Source: Candidatus Eiseniibacteriota bacterium
Lineage (GTDB): Bacteria; Eisenbacteria; RBG-16-71-46
Length of the DNA stretch: 64,000 nt
NCBI GenBank assembly: GCA_963717935.1
Contig: CAVQXP010000004.1
Span: 960,001-1,024,000 of the forward strand
Direction of reading: 5' to 3'
Below, in pieces: positions 30,370 through 40,869 of the stretch (its first letter is position 1; every line of letters starts with the position of its first letter). A program made the position numbers and the translations under genes. The notes beneath the pieces were generated by a model that ran no database searches, was not told the DNA's origin, and worked only from the letters and a program-made list of their open reading frames with translations.

Positions 30370-32369
30370 TGGTTTCCCGTCCCGCCCTCCGGGCGCTCGT
30401 TCTCCTGTTGACGGTCCTGGTGCCCGCCACGGGCCTGGCCGCGTCCGCGGCGGCGGCGCCTTCCGCGGTGGCCGTGGACTCCATCCGGTATGCGACGACG
30501 CTCGCCGACGTCAACCAGGTCGGGCTCACCGTCACGAACTACGGATTCTTCGGCACCAACTTCACCTCGCGCTCGCCCTCCTTCGAGTACCCGCTCGGCA
30601 CGGGCTACGAGCACATGGCGCGCGGGGGCCTGTGGGTCGGCGCGCTGGCCCTCTCCGACACGGGTGCCTTCCTCGGGGTCTCGAGCGCCATCGTGGACAA
30701 CGCGCAGGGCACGGACGCCCTGTCCGAGACCGAGTTCACGCCGGCGAGCACGGGATTCGTGGAGTGGTCGCGCATCGCGAACAGCCCGGTCTTCTCTCCC
30801 GAAGCGGTCTCCGACCAGGATCTCAACTGCCTGTACTCGGACCAGCCGGGCCGCCCGCCGCGCGGGTACCAGGGTGAGGCCCATCGGCCGCTGCAGATCC
30901 TGGTCCGGCAGCGCACGCTGGGCTTCTCGCTGTCGGCGGCCAGCTCGTTCGTGATCCCGCAGTTCACCATCGTGAACCAGGGGCCGCCGCTGCGGGACGT
31001 CTACGTCGGGCTCTACGTGCAGCTCGTGAGCGGCGACAAGAACGCCTACGCCACCTGGCCACCCTCGGCCTCGAGCCCGGCGGGCTCCTGGTACTACAAG
31101 ACCCACTCCGAGTTCGACGCCCCGCGCCGGCTCTACAAGGAGCGCTACTGCGCGGCCGAGCCCTATCCGGCGAGCTGCAACATCGCCTACTGCCCGCCCT
31201 GGGCCGCGGTGAAGCTGCTGACCGTGAAGCCCGACACCATCGCCGGCAAGACGCTGAGCTTCCACTGGTGGAGCTACAGCCCGGGCGACACCGCGCGCGA
31301 CACCGATCGCAAGCGCTATGCCCTGATGAGCGACGGCGTGGTGGAGTCGGATTTCTCGAGCTGCGTGCCCGGGACCCAGAGTTGTTCGCCCATCATGGTG
31401 CTCTCGGTGGGGCCCTGGGCGCAGCTGGACCCCGGCGACAGCATCCGCGTGGATTTCGCCTTCGTCGGCGGCAACGACGAGCAGGCCCTGCTCGCGAACG
31501 CCGATTTCGCGCAGTTCACCTCGGACATCGACTACCGGCTGCCAGCTCCGCCGCCCTCGCCGCGGCTCCACGTCGGGAGCGGCGGCGGGCGCGTGGACCT
31601 CTACTGGGACGACTCGCCCGAGGGCGTCTCCGACCCGACGAGCCCCGCGCCGGACGGCATCGACTTCGAGGGCTACCGCGTCTACCTCGGCCTCGACCGC
31701 CAGAATCCCGGGCTGCTGGCGCAGTTCGACCGGTACGACGCGCCGCACGACACGATCGGCTTCAACACCGGGTTCGACGCCATCCGCCTGGCCACGCCGG
31801 TCACGCTGGACGGCGTGACCTATCGCTACAAGTACTCGATATCCGGGCTCAAGGACGGTTTCAACTACTTCGGCGCGGTCACCTCGTACGACCTCGGCGA
31901 CAGCAAGATCCCGAGCCTGGAGAGCGGCATCCAGCAGAACAAGTTCCAGGCCGTGCCCGCGCCCGCGCCGGGTGAGCGGGCCGGCGGGGTCACGGTGTTC
32001 CCGAACCCCTACCGCGTCGAGGCGCGCTGGGACGTGGGGCAGCGCGTGCGCGACCACTACCTGTGGTTCGCGAACCTGCCGAGGCGCTGCACGCTGCGGA
32101 TCTACACGCTCGCCGGCGACCGGGTCTTCGAGACGCGCTTCGAGGGCTCGTCCTACCGGGGCGAGGGCGCGCGCGGGCTCTACGATCCGCGCACCGACCG
32201 CGACGTGACGGCACCGTTCCTCTCGGGCGCCTCCTACGCCTGGAACATGATCACGAGCGAGGGGCAGGCGGTGGCGACGGGGCTCTACGTCTTCTCGGTC
32301 GAGGACCTCGACTCGGGCAAGGTGTCGCGGGGCAAGTTCCTGATCGTGAAGTCGGACCGCGAGGACTGA
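30369..32369 (+). CDS. Secreted protein with FN3-like region and T9SS-like C-terminal domain (paralog A)
   Basis: Sec signal; TNYGFFG, FEYPLG, PPPSPRL..DLYWDDSPE, DFEGYRVY, VFPNPY..LRIYTLAGD..TGLYVFSV..GKFLIVK; TGATG overlap with add. Confidence 0.8.
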   Translation: MVSRPALRALVLLLTVLVPATGLAASAAAAPSAVAVDSIRYATTLADVNQVGLTVTNYGFFGTNFTSRSPSFEYPLGTGYEHMARGGLWVGALALSDTGAFLGVSSAIVDNAQGTDALSETEFTPASTGFVEWSRIANSPVFSPEAVSDQDLNCLYSDQPGRPPRGYQGEAHRPLQILVRQRTLGFSLSAASSFVIPQFTIVNQGPPLRDVYVGLYVQLVSGDKNAYATWPPSASSPAGSWYYKTHSEFDAPRRLYKERYCAAEPYPASCNIAYCPPWAAVKLLTVKPDTIAGKTLSFHWWSYSPGDTARDTDRKRYALMSDGVVESDFSSCVPGTQSCSPIMVLSVGPWAQLDPGDSIRVDFAFVGGNDEQALLANADFAQFTSDIDYRLPAPPPSPRLHVGSGGGRVDLYWDDSPEGVSDPTSPAPDGIDFEGYRVYLGLDRQNPGLLAQFDRYDAPHDTIGFNTGFDAIRLATPVTLDGVTYRYKYSISGLKDGFNYFGAVTSYDLGDSKIPSLESGIQQNKFQAVPAPAPGERAGGVTVFPNPYRVEARWDVGQRVRDHYLWFANLPRRCTLRIYTLAGDRVFETRFEGSSYRGEGARGLYDPRTDRDVTAPFLSGASYAWNMITSEGQAVATGLYVFSVEDLDSGKVSRGKFLIVKSDRED

Positions 32370-32384
32370 GCGCCGGCTCCCCGG

Positions 32385-34646
32385 CTACGGCGACGGGGTG
32401 GCGGACGGCCGCCGCGCGACGGCCGCGGCCCAGCGGTTGAACAGCCGCAGCGCCCGGTCCGCGGTGCGGAAGGTGGGCACGCCGCCCGATTCGAGCAGCG
32501 CGGCCATCGGGTCGTAGAGGCTCCCCGCGTCCACCACCGCGACCCAGGGCTTCGTGGTCGCGTGATACAGGCGCACCAGGCGGTTCGCGATCGAGTCCTC
32601 GCGGGTCAGGTCCTCGCCGTGAACCTCGCCCTTCACCAGCGTGTTGAGCGCCATGGTCATGGGCACGCAGCCGACCAGCCCCGCGTCCACGCCCGGGTCG
32701 GCCAGCACCAGCCGCGCGATCTCCTCGTAGTCGGCGTCGCCGACGATAGGCGTGAGGTCCATCGGGTCGTGCACGCTGACGATCTCGGCGATGCGCGCGC
32801 GCTTCAGCACCTCGCCGAGCGCGGCGACCGTGGCGGGGGAGAAGTCGGCGAGCGTGAACGCGCCCAGGTTGTCGGCGATGGCCACGCACTCGAAACCGGC
32901 GTTGGAGAGCGCGCCGAACCGCCGGCCCGCGGGTCGACGGCCCCGCAGCGCGACGAACAGGCGCACCAGGTCCTCGAAGTCCTCGAGCGTGTCGGCCAGC
33001 ACGATGCCCGCGGTCTCGGCCAGCCGCCGGGTCACCGCGTAGTCGCCGGCGACCGAGGCGGTGTGGCTCGCGGCCGCGGCCGCGCCCGCGCTGGTGCGGC
33101 CCGCGCGGTAGAGGATGACCGTGCGCCCGCCGGCGACGATCCGGCGCGCGGTCTCGAGGAAGCGCAGCCCGTCGAGCGGGCGGAACCCCTCGAGGTACAC
33201 GGCGAAGATCTCGACGGCCGGGTCGTCCTGGAGGAAATCCAGGTAGTCGGCGGCGGTCAGGTCCATCTGGTTGCCGATGGTCAGGATGTAGCGCGGGTTC
33301 AAGGTCGCGAGCTTGTTCGCCTTCGAGACCGCGAAGGCGCCGCTGCCGGCGACGAACGCCACCGGGTGCTCGGCGCCGCGCGCCATCGGCATCTTGTGGT
33401 CGGGGATGAAGAGCGTGTTGTAGCGCCCGGGCACGGAGCGCACGCCCAGGCAGTTTCCGCCGTTGATGACCGGGCCGCCCCAGGCGGTGGCGCGCGAGCC
33501 GGCGATGGCCCGGCGCATGCGGGCGACGAGCGGTTCGCTCCCGGGCTTCTCCTCGAGCCCGCCGGGGATGAGGATGACGCTCTCGGCGTGCTGGCCCTCG
33601 GCGATCGCGGCGATGGCCTCGGGGGCCTGCGCGGCCGAGATGCTGAGGATGAGCAGGTCCTGCCGTGCGGGCAGGGCCTCGAGCGCGGGCACGCACTTCA
33701 CCCCGTCGATCTGCTCGGTCCCCGGCTTGACGATGGTGATGTCCGCGGGGGGGAAGCCGTCGCCGAGCAGGTTGCGCAGGATCTGCCGCCCGGGGTTCAT
33801 GCCCTTCTCCGACACGCCCATCACCGCGGCGGTGCGCGGCTGCAGCAGCCGCCCGATCTTCGCCACCGGACGCGGCGCCGGGAGCGCGGGTGCGGGGGGG
33901 CCGAGCTTGAGCAGGGCGTCGAGCGCGACGAAGCGCCCGTCCGCGAGCACGAGCGGGTTGATCTCGAACTCGGCGATGGGGTCGGGCACGAACGCCGCCG
34001 CCAGCTCGAGGAAGCGGCTCACGAGCTCCACGAGCCGGGCCAGCGGCACGAGCGCCGGGTGGCCGCGCCGCGGCTCGGTCACGAGTCGCACGACCGCGAC
34101 CTGCGCCAGCGCGCGCTCGATCTCCGCGGCGCCGGCGAGACCGGGCGAGAGCAGCGCGAGCGAGCGGTCGTCGCGGATGCTCTGCGCCAGGAACTCGGTG
34201 TGGATGCCGCCCGCGCCCAGCGTGACGACCGGGCCGAAATCGGCGGTCCAGCGCATGCCGAGCAGCAGCTCGTGGCCGGGCTCCGCCCGGTGGGGGATGA
34301 ACTCCATCAGCAGGAAGCCGTCCACGCCCTGCCCGGCGAAGCGCCGCTCCATCTCCGCGAGGCCGGCGCCCAGGGCTGCGGGCGTGTTGTCGAGGATGGC
34401 GACGCCGCGGGCCTCGGTCTTGTGGAGGATCTTCGGCGAGACCACCTTGAGCACCGCGCGCGTCCCCGGGAAGGGCGGCGGGCTCAGGCGCGCCGCATCC
34501 GCCGACCCCGCGAGCAGGATCCGCCGCGGGACGGGAAGGCCGGCGGCCTCGAGCAGGTCCATGCCCTCGGGTTCGGTCAGCACGCCCGCGGCGCGATGGC
34601 GGGCCGCCGCGAGCAGGTTCGAGACACGCGCCCGGTCGAGGCTCAC
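32385..34646 (-). CDS. ADP-forming acetate/acyl-CoA ligase, fused with the ATP-grasp domain N-terminal
   Basis: VLKVVSPKILHKTE, FGPVVTLGAGGI, EINPL; then CoA-binding GGNCLG and phospho-His AAASHTAS; GTGA overlap with iorB. Confidence 0.88.
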   Translation of the reverse strand: MSLDRARVSNLLAAARHRAAGVLTEPEGMDLLEAAGLPVPRRILLAGSADAARLSPPPFPGTRAVLKVVSPKILHKTEARGVAILDNTPAALGAGLAEMERRFAGQGVDGFLLMEFIPHRAEPGHELLLGMRWTADFGPVVTLGAGGIHTEFLAQSIRDDRSLALLSPGLAGAAEIERALAQVAVVRLVTEPRRGHPALVPLARLVELVSRFLELAAAFVPDPIAEFEINPLVLADGRFVALDALLKLGPPAPALPAPRPVAKIGRLLQPRTAAVMGVSEKGMNPGRQILRNLLGDGFPPADITIVKPGTEQIDGVKCVPALEALPARQDLLILSISAAQAPEAIAAIAEGQHAESVILIPGGLEEKPGSEPLVARMRRAIAGSRATAWGGPVINGGNCLGVRSVPGRYNTLFIPDHKMPMARGAEHPVAFVAGSGAFAVSKANKLATLNPRYILTIGNQMDLTAADYLDFLQDDPAVEIFAVYLEGFRPLDGLRFLETARRIVAGGRTVILYRAGRTSAGAAAAASHTASVAGDYAVTRRLAETAGIVLADTLEDFEDLVRLFVALRGRRPAGRRFGALSNAGFECVAIADNLGAFTLADFSPATVAALGEVLKRARIAEIVSVHDPMDLTPIVGDADYEEIARLVLADPGVDAGLVGCVPMTMALNTLVKGEVHGEDLTREDSIANRLVRLYHATTKPWVAVVDAGSLYDPMAALLESGGVPTFRTADRALRLFNRWAAAVARRPSATPSP

Positions 34647-35215
34647 GCGGAGGCCCTCCAGCCCGCCTCGAAGGCGGCGAGGTTCACCTCCAGCGCGCGG
34701 TCGCCCTTGGCCCCGAAGGTCTGGCGGATGGCGCCGTCGAACGACTCGCGCCGGAGCGGCAGCAGGTGCGCCGCGGCGCCGACCATGACGGTGTTCTTGC
34801 ACAGCGCGTCGCCGGCCTCGCGGGCGAGCCGCTCGGCCTCGACCAGCACGGCACGCGGCAGGCGCCGCACCTGGGCCACGATCTCCTCCTTCGGCGGGTA
34901 GTCCGGGATGTTGACGAACGGATCCGCCGCCGTGACCACGGCGGCCGTGGGCGAGAGGTACGCCACGTAGCGCAGGCTCTCGAGCGGCTCCATGGAGAGG
35001 ATCAGGTCGGCCGTGCCGAGCGGGATGAGGTCGCTCGCGATGACCTGGTCGGAGAGCCGCAGGTGGGAGAGCACCGCTCCGCCGCGCTGCGCCATCCCGT
35101 GCACCTCGGACTGCTTCACCTGGAGTCCCTCGGCCACGGCGGCCCGGCCGATCAGCGCGGCCAGGGACAGCACGCCCTGCCCGCCCACACCCGCCAGCAT
35201 GATGTCGTATTTCAT
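34643..35215 (-). CDS. iorB: Indolepyruvate:ferredoxin oxidoreductase beta subunit
   Basis: AGVGGQG, SEVHGMAQRGG, NTVMVGA, VNLAAF. Confidence 0.93.
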   Translation of the reverse strand: MKYDIMLAGVGGQGVLSLAALIGRAAVAEGLQVKQSEVHGMAQRGGAVLSHLRLSDQVIASDLIPLGTADLILSMEPLESLRYVAYLSPTAAVVTAADPFVNIPDYPPKEEIVAQVRRLPRAVLVEAERLAREAGDALCKNTVMVGAAAHLLPLRRESFDGAIRQTFGAKGDRALEVNLAAFEAGWRASA

Positions 35216-36828
35216 GACTTCTTCACCTCCACCTGCCTGCGCTTGCGGCGCGCCGTCTCGAGACACTCGCGCACGGCGATGACGACCGACAGGCCCCGGT
35301 GCGCGATCTCGCCGCGCAGCAGCTCGGCGATCTGCGGCACCTTGCGCGGCATGACCTCGACCACGTGCAGGTGCCCGGGTTTCACGCCCAGCCCGAGCAC
35401 GATGTCCTTCAGGCGTGAGGACGGCGCGATGGACTCCTGCCCGCCGGTCATGGCGGTGGTCTCGTTGTCGAGGATGATCAGCGTCATGTCGGTGTCCTCG
35501 TGCACGGCGTCGAGCAGCGGCGTGAGTCCGGAATGCAGGAACGTGCTGTCGCCGATGACCGCCACGGTGGGGCGGAAGCCGGCCTCCGAGGCGCCCTTGG
35601 CCATGCTGACCGAGGCGCCCATGCAGACGCACGACTCGATGGCGTCGTAGGGTGGCAGGGCGCCCAGGGTGTAACAACCGATGTCGGCGGTCACGATGCT
35701 CTCGGCCTGGCCCTCGAGCGCCTGCTTGAGCGCGTTGTACATGTGGCCGTGGGGACAGCCCTGGCAGAGCTGCGGAGGTCGCGTGGGGAGCGCCAGGTCG
35801 CCCAGGTCCGTGAGGGGCCGGGTCGGCAGTCCCAGCGCCGGGCGCACGTTGTCGGGCGTCAGCTCGCCCTCGGGGGGCACCTCGCCCGTCAGCTTCCCGA
35901 GGATGGGCAGCGGCGTGCCGAGCAGTCCGCGCAGCAGGCGCTCGACCAGCGGGTAGCCCTCCTCGAACACGAGCAGCCGCTTCACGTGCCCCGCCAGCCG
36001 GCGGATCAGGGCGAGCGGGAGCGGGTAGGCGCCGATGTGCAGGTGGGAGGGGCGGCTCTCGAGCCCGCTCACGTTCTCCTCGAAGTAGTTCCGCGCCAGC
36101 CCGGTGGTGATCACGCCCAGCTCGCGGTCGTCCGGGTTCAGCGTGAGCCGGTTCCAGCGGCAGTCCTCGCTCCAGGCGACCATCTCCTGCTGGCGGCCGA
36201 GCAGGTCGTGCCACTGGCGCCGGGCGTTGCTCGGCAGCAGGATCCACGACCGTGGCTGCGGGGCCTTGCGCACCGGGTTCTCGGGCCGCGGCTCGGCGGC
36301 CACCTCGATCGCGGTGCGGCTGTGCGCCAGCCGGGTCACCAGTCGCATCATCACCGGCACGCCGAAGCGTTCGGAGAGGTCGTAGGCCTCGAGCGTCATG
36401 TCGTAGGCCTCCTGCTGCGTCGCGGGCTCCAGGCACGGGACCCGCGCGAAATCGGCATAGAAACGGCTGTCCTGCTCGTTCTGCGAGGAGTGCATGCCCG
36501 GGTCGTCGGCGACCGCGACCACCAGCCCGCCGTGCATGCCCACCAGCGCCGCGTTCACGAACGGGTCGGCCGCGACGTTGAGCCCGACGTGCTTCATCGA
36601 GACCAGCGCCCGCCGTCCGGCGAAGCAGGCGCCGAGCGCCTCCTCCATCGCGGTCTTCTCGTTGGCGCACCAGGCCGCGAAGGGGCGGCCGTGCTTGCGG
36701 CGGTACTCGAGCAGGTACTCGAGGATCTCGGTGGCGGGCGTGCCCGGGTAGGCGTACGCCGAGGTCACCCCGGCGTGCACCGCGCCGAGCGCGACGCATT
36801 CGTCTCCTAGCAGGATCCTGCGGGGCAT
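35212..36828 (-). CDS. iorA: Indolepyruvate:ferredoxin oxidoreductase alpha subunit (no C-terminal ferredoxin domain)
   Basis: YPGTPATE, MKHVGLNVAADP, SSQNEQDSR, LCQGCPH, DIGCYTL, TPP motif IGDSTFLHSG..LDN. Confidence 0.93.
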   Translation of the reverse strand: MPRRILLGDECVALGAVHAGVTSAYAYPGTPATEILEYLLEYRRKHGRPFAAWCANEKTAMEEALGACFAGRRALVSMKHVGLNVAADPFVNAALVGMHGGLVVAVADDPGMHSSQNEQDSRFYADFARVPCLEPATQQEAYDMTLEAYDLSERFGVPVMMRLVTRLAHSRTAIEVAAEPRPENPVRKAPQPRSWILLPSNARRQWHDLLGRQQEMVAWSEDCRWNRLTLNPDDRELGVITTGLARNYFEENVSGLESRPSHLHIGAYPLPLALIRRLAGHVKRLLVFEEGYPLVERLLRGLLGTPLPILGKLTGEVPPEGELTPDNVRPALGLPTRPLTDLGDLALPTRPPQLCQGCPHGHMYNALKQALEGQAESIVTADIGCYTLGALPPYDAIESCVCMGASVSMAKGASEAGFRPTVAVIGDSTFLHSGLTPLLDAVHEDTDMTLIILDNETTAMTGGQESIAPSSRLKDIVLGLGVKPGHLHVVEVMPRKVPQIAELLRGEIAHRGLSVVIAVRECLETARRKRRQVEVKKS

Positions 36829-37015
36829 AGAACCTCCGACCGGTGTGCGGCCGGGCCCGGGGGCGCCGCGGGCCGCGGAGCGCGGCGCCGCTCCGCGGCC
36901 GAGACCGCTTCCGGACCCTTCGTGACTCGACGGCGGCATCCTACGGGACGGTCGGCCGCGGCAGAAGGATACCGAAGGATACCCTCGCTGCCCGCGCGTC
37001 TTCGCGTGACTTGAC

Positions 37016-37044
37016 TTGACCCGCGCGGGGCCGACGGGTAACGT
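37016..37044 (+). promoter_or_regulatory. Sigma70-type promoter of the TBDR operon
   Basis: TTGACC-17 nt-TAACGT. Confidence 0.55.
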
Positions 37045-37077
37045 CACGCACCCTACAATCACGGGCCCAGCCACCCT

Positions 37078-39872
37078 ATGCGTCTACCGAACCTCGCACT
37101 CCTCCTCGTCGTCCTCGCGCTGAGCGCGGCGCCCGTCGCTGCCCAGGATCGCGGGAGCATCGCCGGGAAGGTCTCCGACAAGCGCAGCGGCCACGCGCTC
37201 GCGTTCGCCAACGTGACGGTGGTCGAGGCCAAGCGCGGCGTGCTGACCGACTCCGAGGGGCAGTTCCTCCTCTCGGGCGTGCCGCCGGGCACCTACGAGG
37301 TCCGGGTCCAGTTCCTCGGCTACAAGCCCGAATCGCGCGCCGGCGTCGTGGTCGTGGGCGGCAGGACGGCCAGCGCCAACTTCACGCTCGAGGAGCAGGT
37401 GGTCGCGACCACCAGGACGGTCGAGGTCTCGGCCGAGCGCCGCCTGGTCGAGACGCGCCAGGGCGCCACGGTCCGCAGCGTGAACGCGACCGAGATGCGC
37501 AACCTGCCGGTGCAGACCATCGGCGAGGTGCTCCAGCAGCAGGCCGGCATCACCACCGAGAACGACCAGATCCACGTGCGCGGCGGCCGCGCCGACGAGA
37601 CCATCTTCGTGGTGAACGGCGTCGCCAACCGCGACCTGGTGACCGGCCAGTCCACGGCCGGTCAGTTGAACGCCCGTTCGGTGGCCGAGGTCAACGTCGC
37701 CACCGGCGCGTACGACGTGCGCTACGGCAACGCCCTGTCGGGCGTGGTGGAGATCAAGCTGAAGGAGGGCGGCGACAAGGCCACCGCCGGCGTGACGCTG
37801 ACCAGCGGCTCCTACGGCGGCCGCAACGTCCAGGCCGTGGTCGGCGGGCCCGATCCGCTGTTCGGACCGCTGTTCCGCGCGCTCCGCCTCCCGGGCCCGG
37901 TCACCGGGTTGCTCGACGTCTCGGGCAGCCTGTACCAGACGCGCTTCCTGTCGCCGGGGGGAACTCCTGGAACGTCTTCCAGAACGTCTTCATCCCCGAG
38001 GACCACCAGCGGCTGCGGACGAGCTACGAGGACAGCTTCCTGGGCACGAGCTTCCGCTACGGCGACGCGTTCTCACCTTCGCGCGACAACCGCTGGGCGG
38101 GGCGCTACGCGCTCCTGTGGAAGCCCGGGCAGCGCGACAAGGTGACGTTCGATTTCAGCAAGCGCATCGCCATCGACCAGGGCTTCAGCCGGACCTTCAT
38201 CACCGCCACCGGCGACCAGGGCGACCCGTCCTACCCGTGGATCTGGGATCACCGCATCGATCACGCCGGCACCACGTTCGAGGACAACGTGCAGTCCTCG
38301 GTGGAGTGGCGCCGCACGCTCTCGACCACCGGCTTCACCGTCCTGCAGCTCTCGCGTTACTTCTACGCGCGGCGCGAGGACGTGATGGGCAAGATGTGGT
38401 GGGAGTACGAGCAGCCCGACGACTACTCCCTGCCCGCGTTCCTGCCGGACGGGCAGCCGGACCCGCGCCGGACGGACTTCTTCATCGACACGGGCGACGA
38501 CAACACCTGGTCGGACCGCCGCAGCACGAGCTATGGCCTGCAGTGGGGCCTGACCCAGCGCGTCAATCGCCATGAGCTGGAGGTCGGGCTCGAGCACCAG
38601 TTCCAGACGGTGCAGTACGTCACCATCACGAACCCCTGGGTCTACGACCCGAACGGGCTGGGCGAGGCGCACGACCTGTGGCGGGTGCATCCCTGGGTGG
38701 GCGATTTCTACCTGCGGGACCGGCTGGAGTACGAGGGCTTCACCGCCAACATCGGCCTGCGCGCCGACTACTGGTTCGTGGGGCGCGAGGCCGAACGGGC
38801 CATCGCGGACACCGCCAACACGAACATCAGCACCGGCGTGCGCGAGGACTTCTACAACGACACGCACTCGCTCTTCGGCCGGCGCTACAAGCTGCGCATC
38901 TCGCCGCGCGTGATCGTGGCCCATCCGATCACGGCCAACAGCAGCTTCTTCTTCAATTACGGCGAGTTCACCCAGAATCCGTCGTACCGCTACGTCTATT
39001 CGAAGCTCGCCTCGATCTCGAGCGAGTCGTTCCCGCTGCTGGGGAACCCCGACCTGAACCCGCAGGTCTCCGTGAACTACGAGGTCGGGGCGAAGCACCA
39101 GTTCCTGTCCACCACGGCGGTCAACGTCACGTTCTTCCAGAAGGACATCTACGATTATCCCTCGGCGACGACCTTCAAGCGCTCGCAGGGCGCCAGCCTG
39201 GTGGACATCTTCGTCTACCTGAACGGGCATTTCGCGCGCTCGAAGGGCTTCGAGATCGAGATCGAGAAGCGGCGCAGCAACTACTGGTCCGGCAAGCTGA
39301 TCTACACCTTCCAGCAGACCAAGGGGAAGAGCAGCGACCCCAACGAGCAGCGCGTGGTGCAGGAGAACGGCGGCGATGCGGCCGAGACCCGGCTCTCGGA
39401 GACCTTCGTCTCGTGGAACCGGCCGCAGAAGCTGACGCTGGGCTTCGACCTGCGCTTCGACGACCGCGCGCCCGAGCGCTTCGGGTGGTTCAAGCACTCG
39501 GGCCTCAACGTCTACGTGCAGGGCCAGACGGGCCGCGCCTTCACGCCCATCAACCTCTATTCCACGCAGGCGGCCACGCCCTACTCGAGGAACGCGCCCT
39601 TCCAGATCACGACCGACGTGCGCCTGAACCACTACTTCCGGTTCAGCGGGCACCGGCTCGACCTGAGCCTGACCGGCCTGAACGTCTTCAACAACCACCT
39701 CATCTACCGCGTGGACCGGGTGACGGGGCAGGGGCGCGTCTGGGGCAAGGGCGAGTACGATCCGGCGCTGTTCCCGCGCGTCGACGAGTACACCTACGTC
39801 TCCCAGCTCCTCGACCCCTCGAACTACGGACCCGGCGCGCAGTACCGCCTGAGCCTCGACTATGACTTCTAG
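37078..39872 (+). CDS. TonB-dependent receptor with N-terminal carboxypeptidase-regulatory-like domain (frameshift in G6 run 37956-37961)
   Basis: Signal peptide; GSIAGKV..GQF..PPGTY; plug HVRGGR..YGNALSGVV; GNPDLNPQ..YEVG; ends YRLSLDYDF. Adding one G joins ORFs 37078..38145 and 38142..39872. Confidence 0.9.
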
Positions 39873-39882
39873 GGAGCGTCTG

Positions 39883-40869
39883 ATGCGCGGCCTCGTGCCG
39901 GCCCTCGTCCTCGCGGTGCTCCTCGCCGCGCCGGCGTCGGCGCAGTTCTCGCTCGGCCAGCAGCGCGCGGGCACGTCCTCGGGCACGTTCCTGAAGATCG
40001 GCATCGGGGCGCGCGCCGTGGGGATGGGCGAGTCGTTCGTGGCGGTCGCCAACGATCCGACCGCGATCTTCTGGAACCCGGCGGGGCTGGCCTCGATGCA
40101 GCGGCAGGAGATCTCCTTCAACCACCTGTCGTGGCCCGGTGACATCAACTACGAGCACGTCGCCTACGTGATGCCGGTGCGCCGGCTGGGCGGCTCGCTC
40201 GCCTTCCAGATGGGCGCGCTGTCGACGCAGATCGACGAGACCACCGAACTGCAGCCGTTCGGGACCGGGCGCTCGTTCTACTACTCGGACATCGTGGCGG
40301 GAGCGGCCTACGCGCGGCGCTGGACCGACAAGCTGCTCATCGGCGCCGGGCTGAAGTACGTGCGCGAGGACCTGGGCAGCGACGTGGGCGGCCCCGTGAC
40401 CAGCGCGCTCCTCGTCGACGTCGGTTCGATCTACTACCTGGGCTACGGCAGCGTGCGCATCGCCACCTCGCTCTGCAACTTCGGCGCCCAGCTCAAGCCG
40501 AGCGGCAATTTCATCTCGCCCGTGACCGGCGAGGAACGCTCCTACGACGGCTTCGACCCGCCCACGGTGTTCCGCTACGGCATCGCCTTCGAGCCGATCG
40601 AGAGCCAGCGCCAGAGGCTCACCACCTCGCTCGAGGTGAACCAGCCGTCCGACAACCAGCAGCTGGTGAAGCTCGGCCTCGAGTGGACCTGGGAGCGCCG
40701 GCTCGCCCTGCGCTCGGGCTACAACTTCAGCGCCGACGAGCTCAAGCTCTCGGCCGGCGCGGGCCTGTTCGCTTCGATCGGCCAGACCAAGGCCACGGTG
40801 GACTACAGCTACACCGACGGCGGATTCCTGGGTGGCATCAACCGGATCGCCCTGGGGATGAGGTTCTGA
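39883..40869 (+). CDS. PorV/PorQ-family outer-membrane beta-barrel
   Basis: FLKIGIGARAVGMGE, DPTAIFWNPAGLA, LALRSGY, C-terminal F. Confidence 0.88.
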   Translation: MRGLVPALVLAVLLAAPASAQFSLGQQRAGTSSGTFLKIGIGARAVGMGESFVAVANDPTAIFWNPAGLASMQRQEISFNHLSWPGDINYEHVAYVMPVRRLGGSLAFQMGALSTQIDETTELQPFGTGRSFYYSDIVAGAAYARRWTDKLLIGAGLKYVREDLGSDVGGPVTSALLVDVGSIYYLGYGSVRIATSLCNFGAQLKPSGNFISPVTGEERSYDGFDPPTVFRYGIAFEPIESQRQRLTTSLEVNQPSDNQQLVKLGLEWTWERRLALRSGYNFSADELKLSAGAGLFASIGQTKATVDYSYTDGGFLGGINRIALGMRF

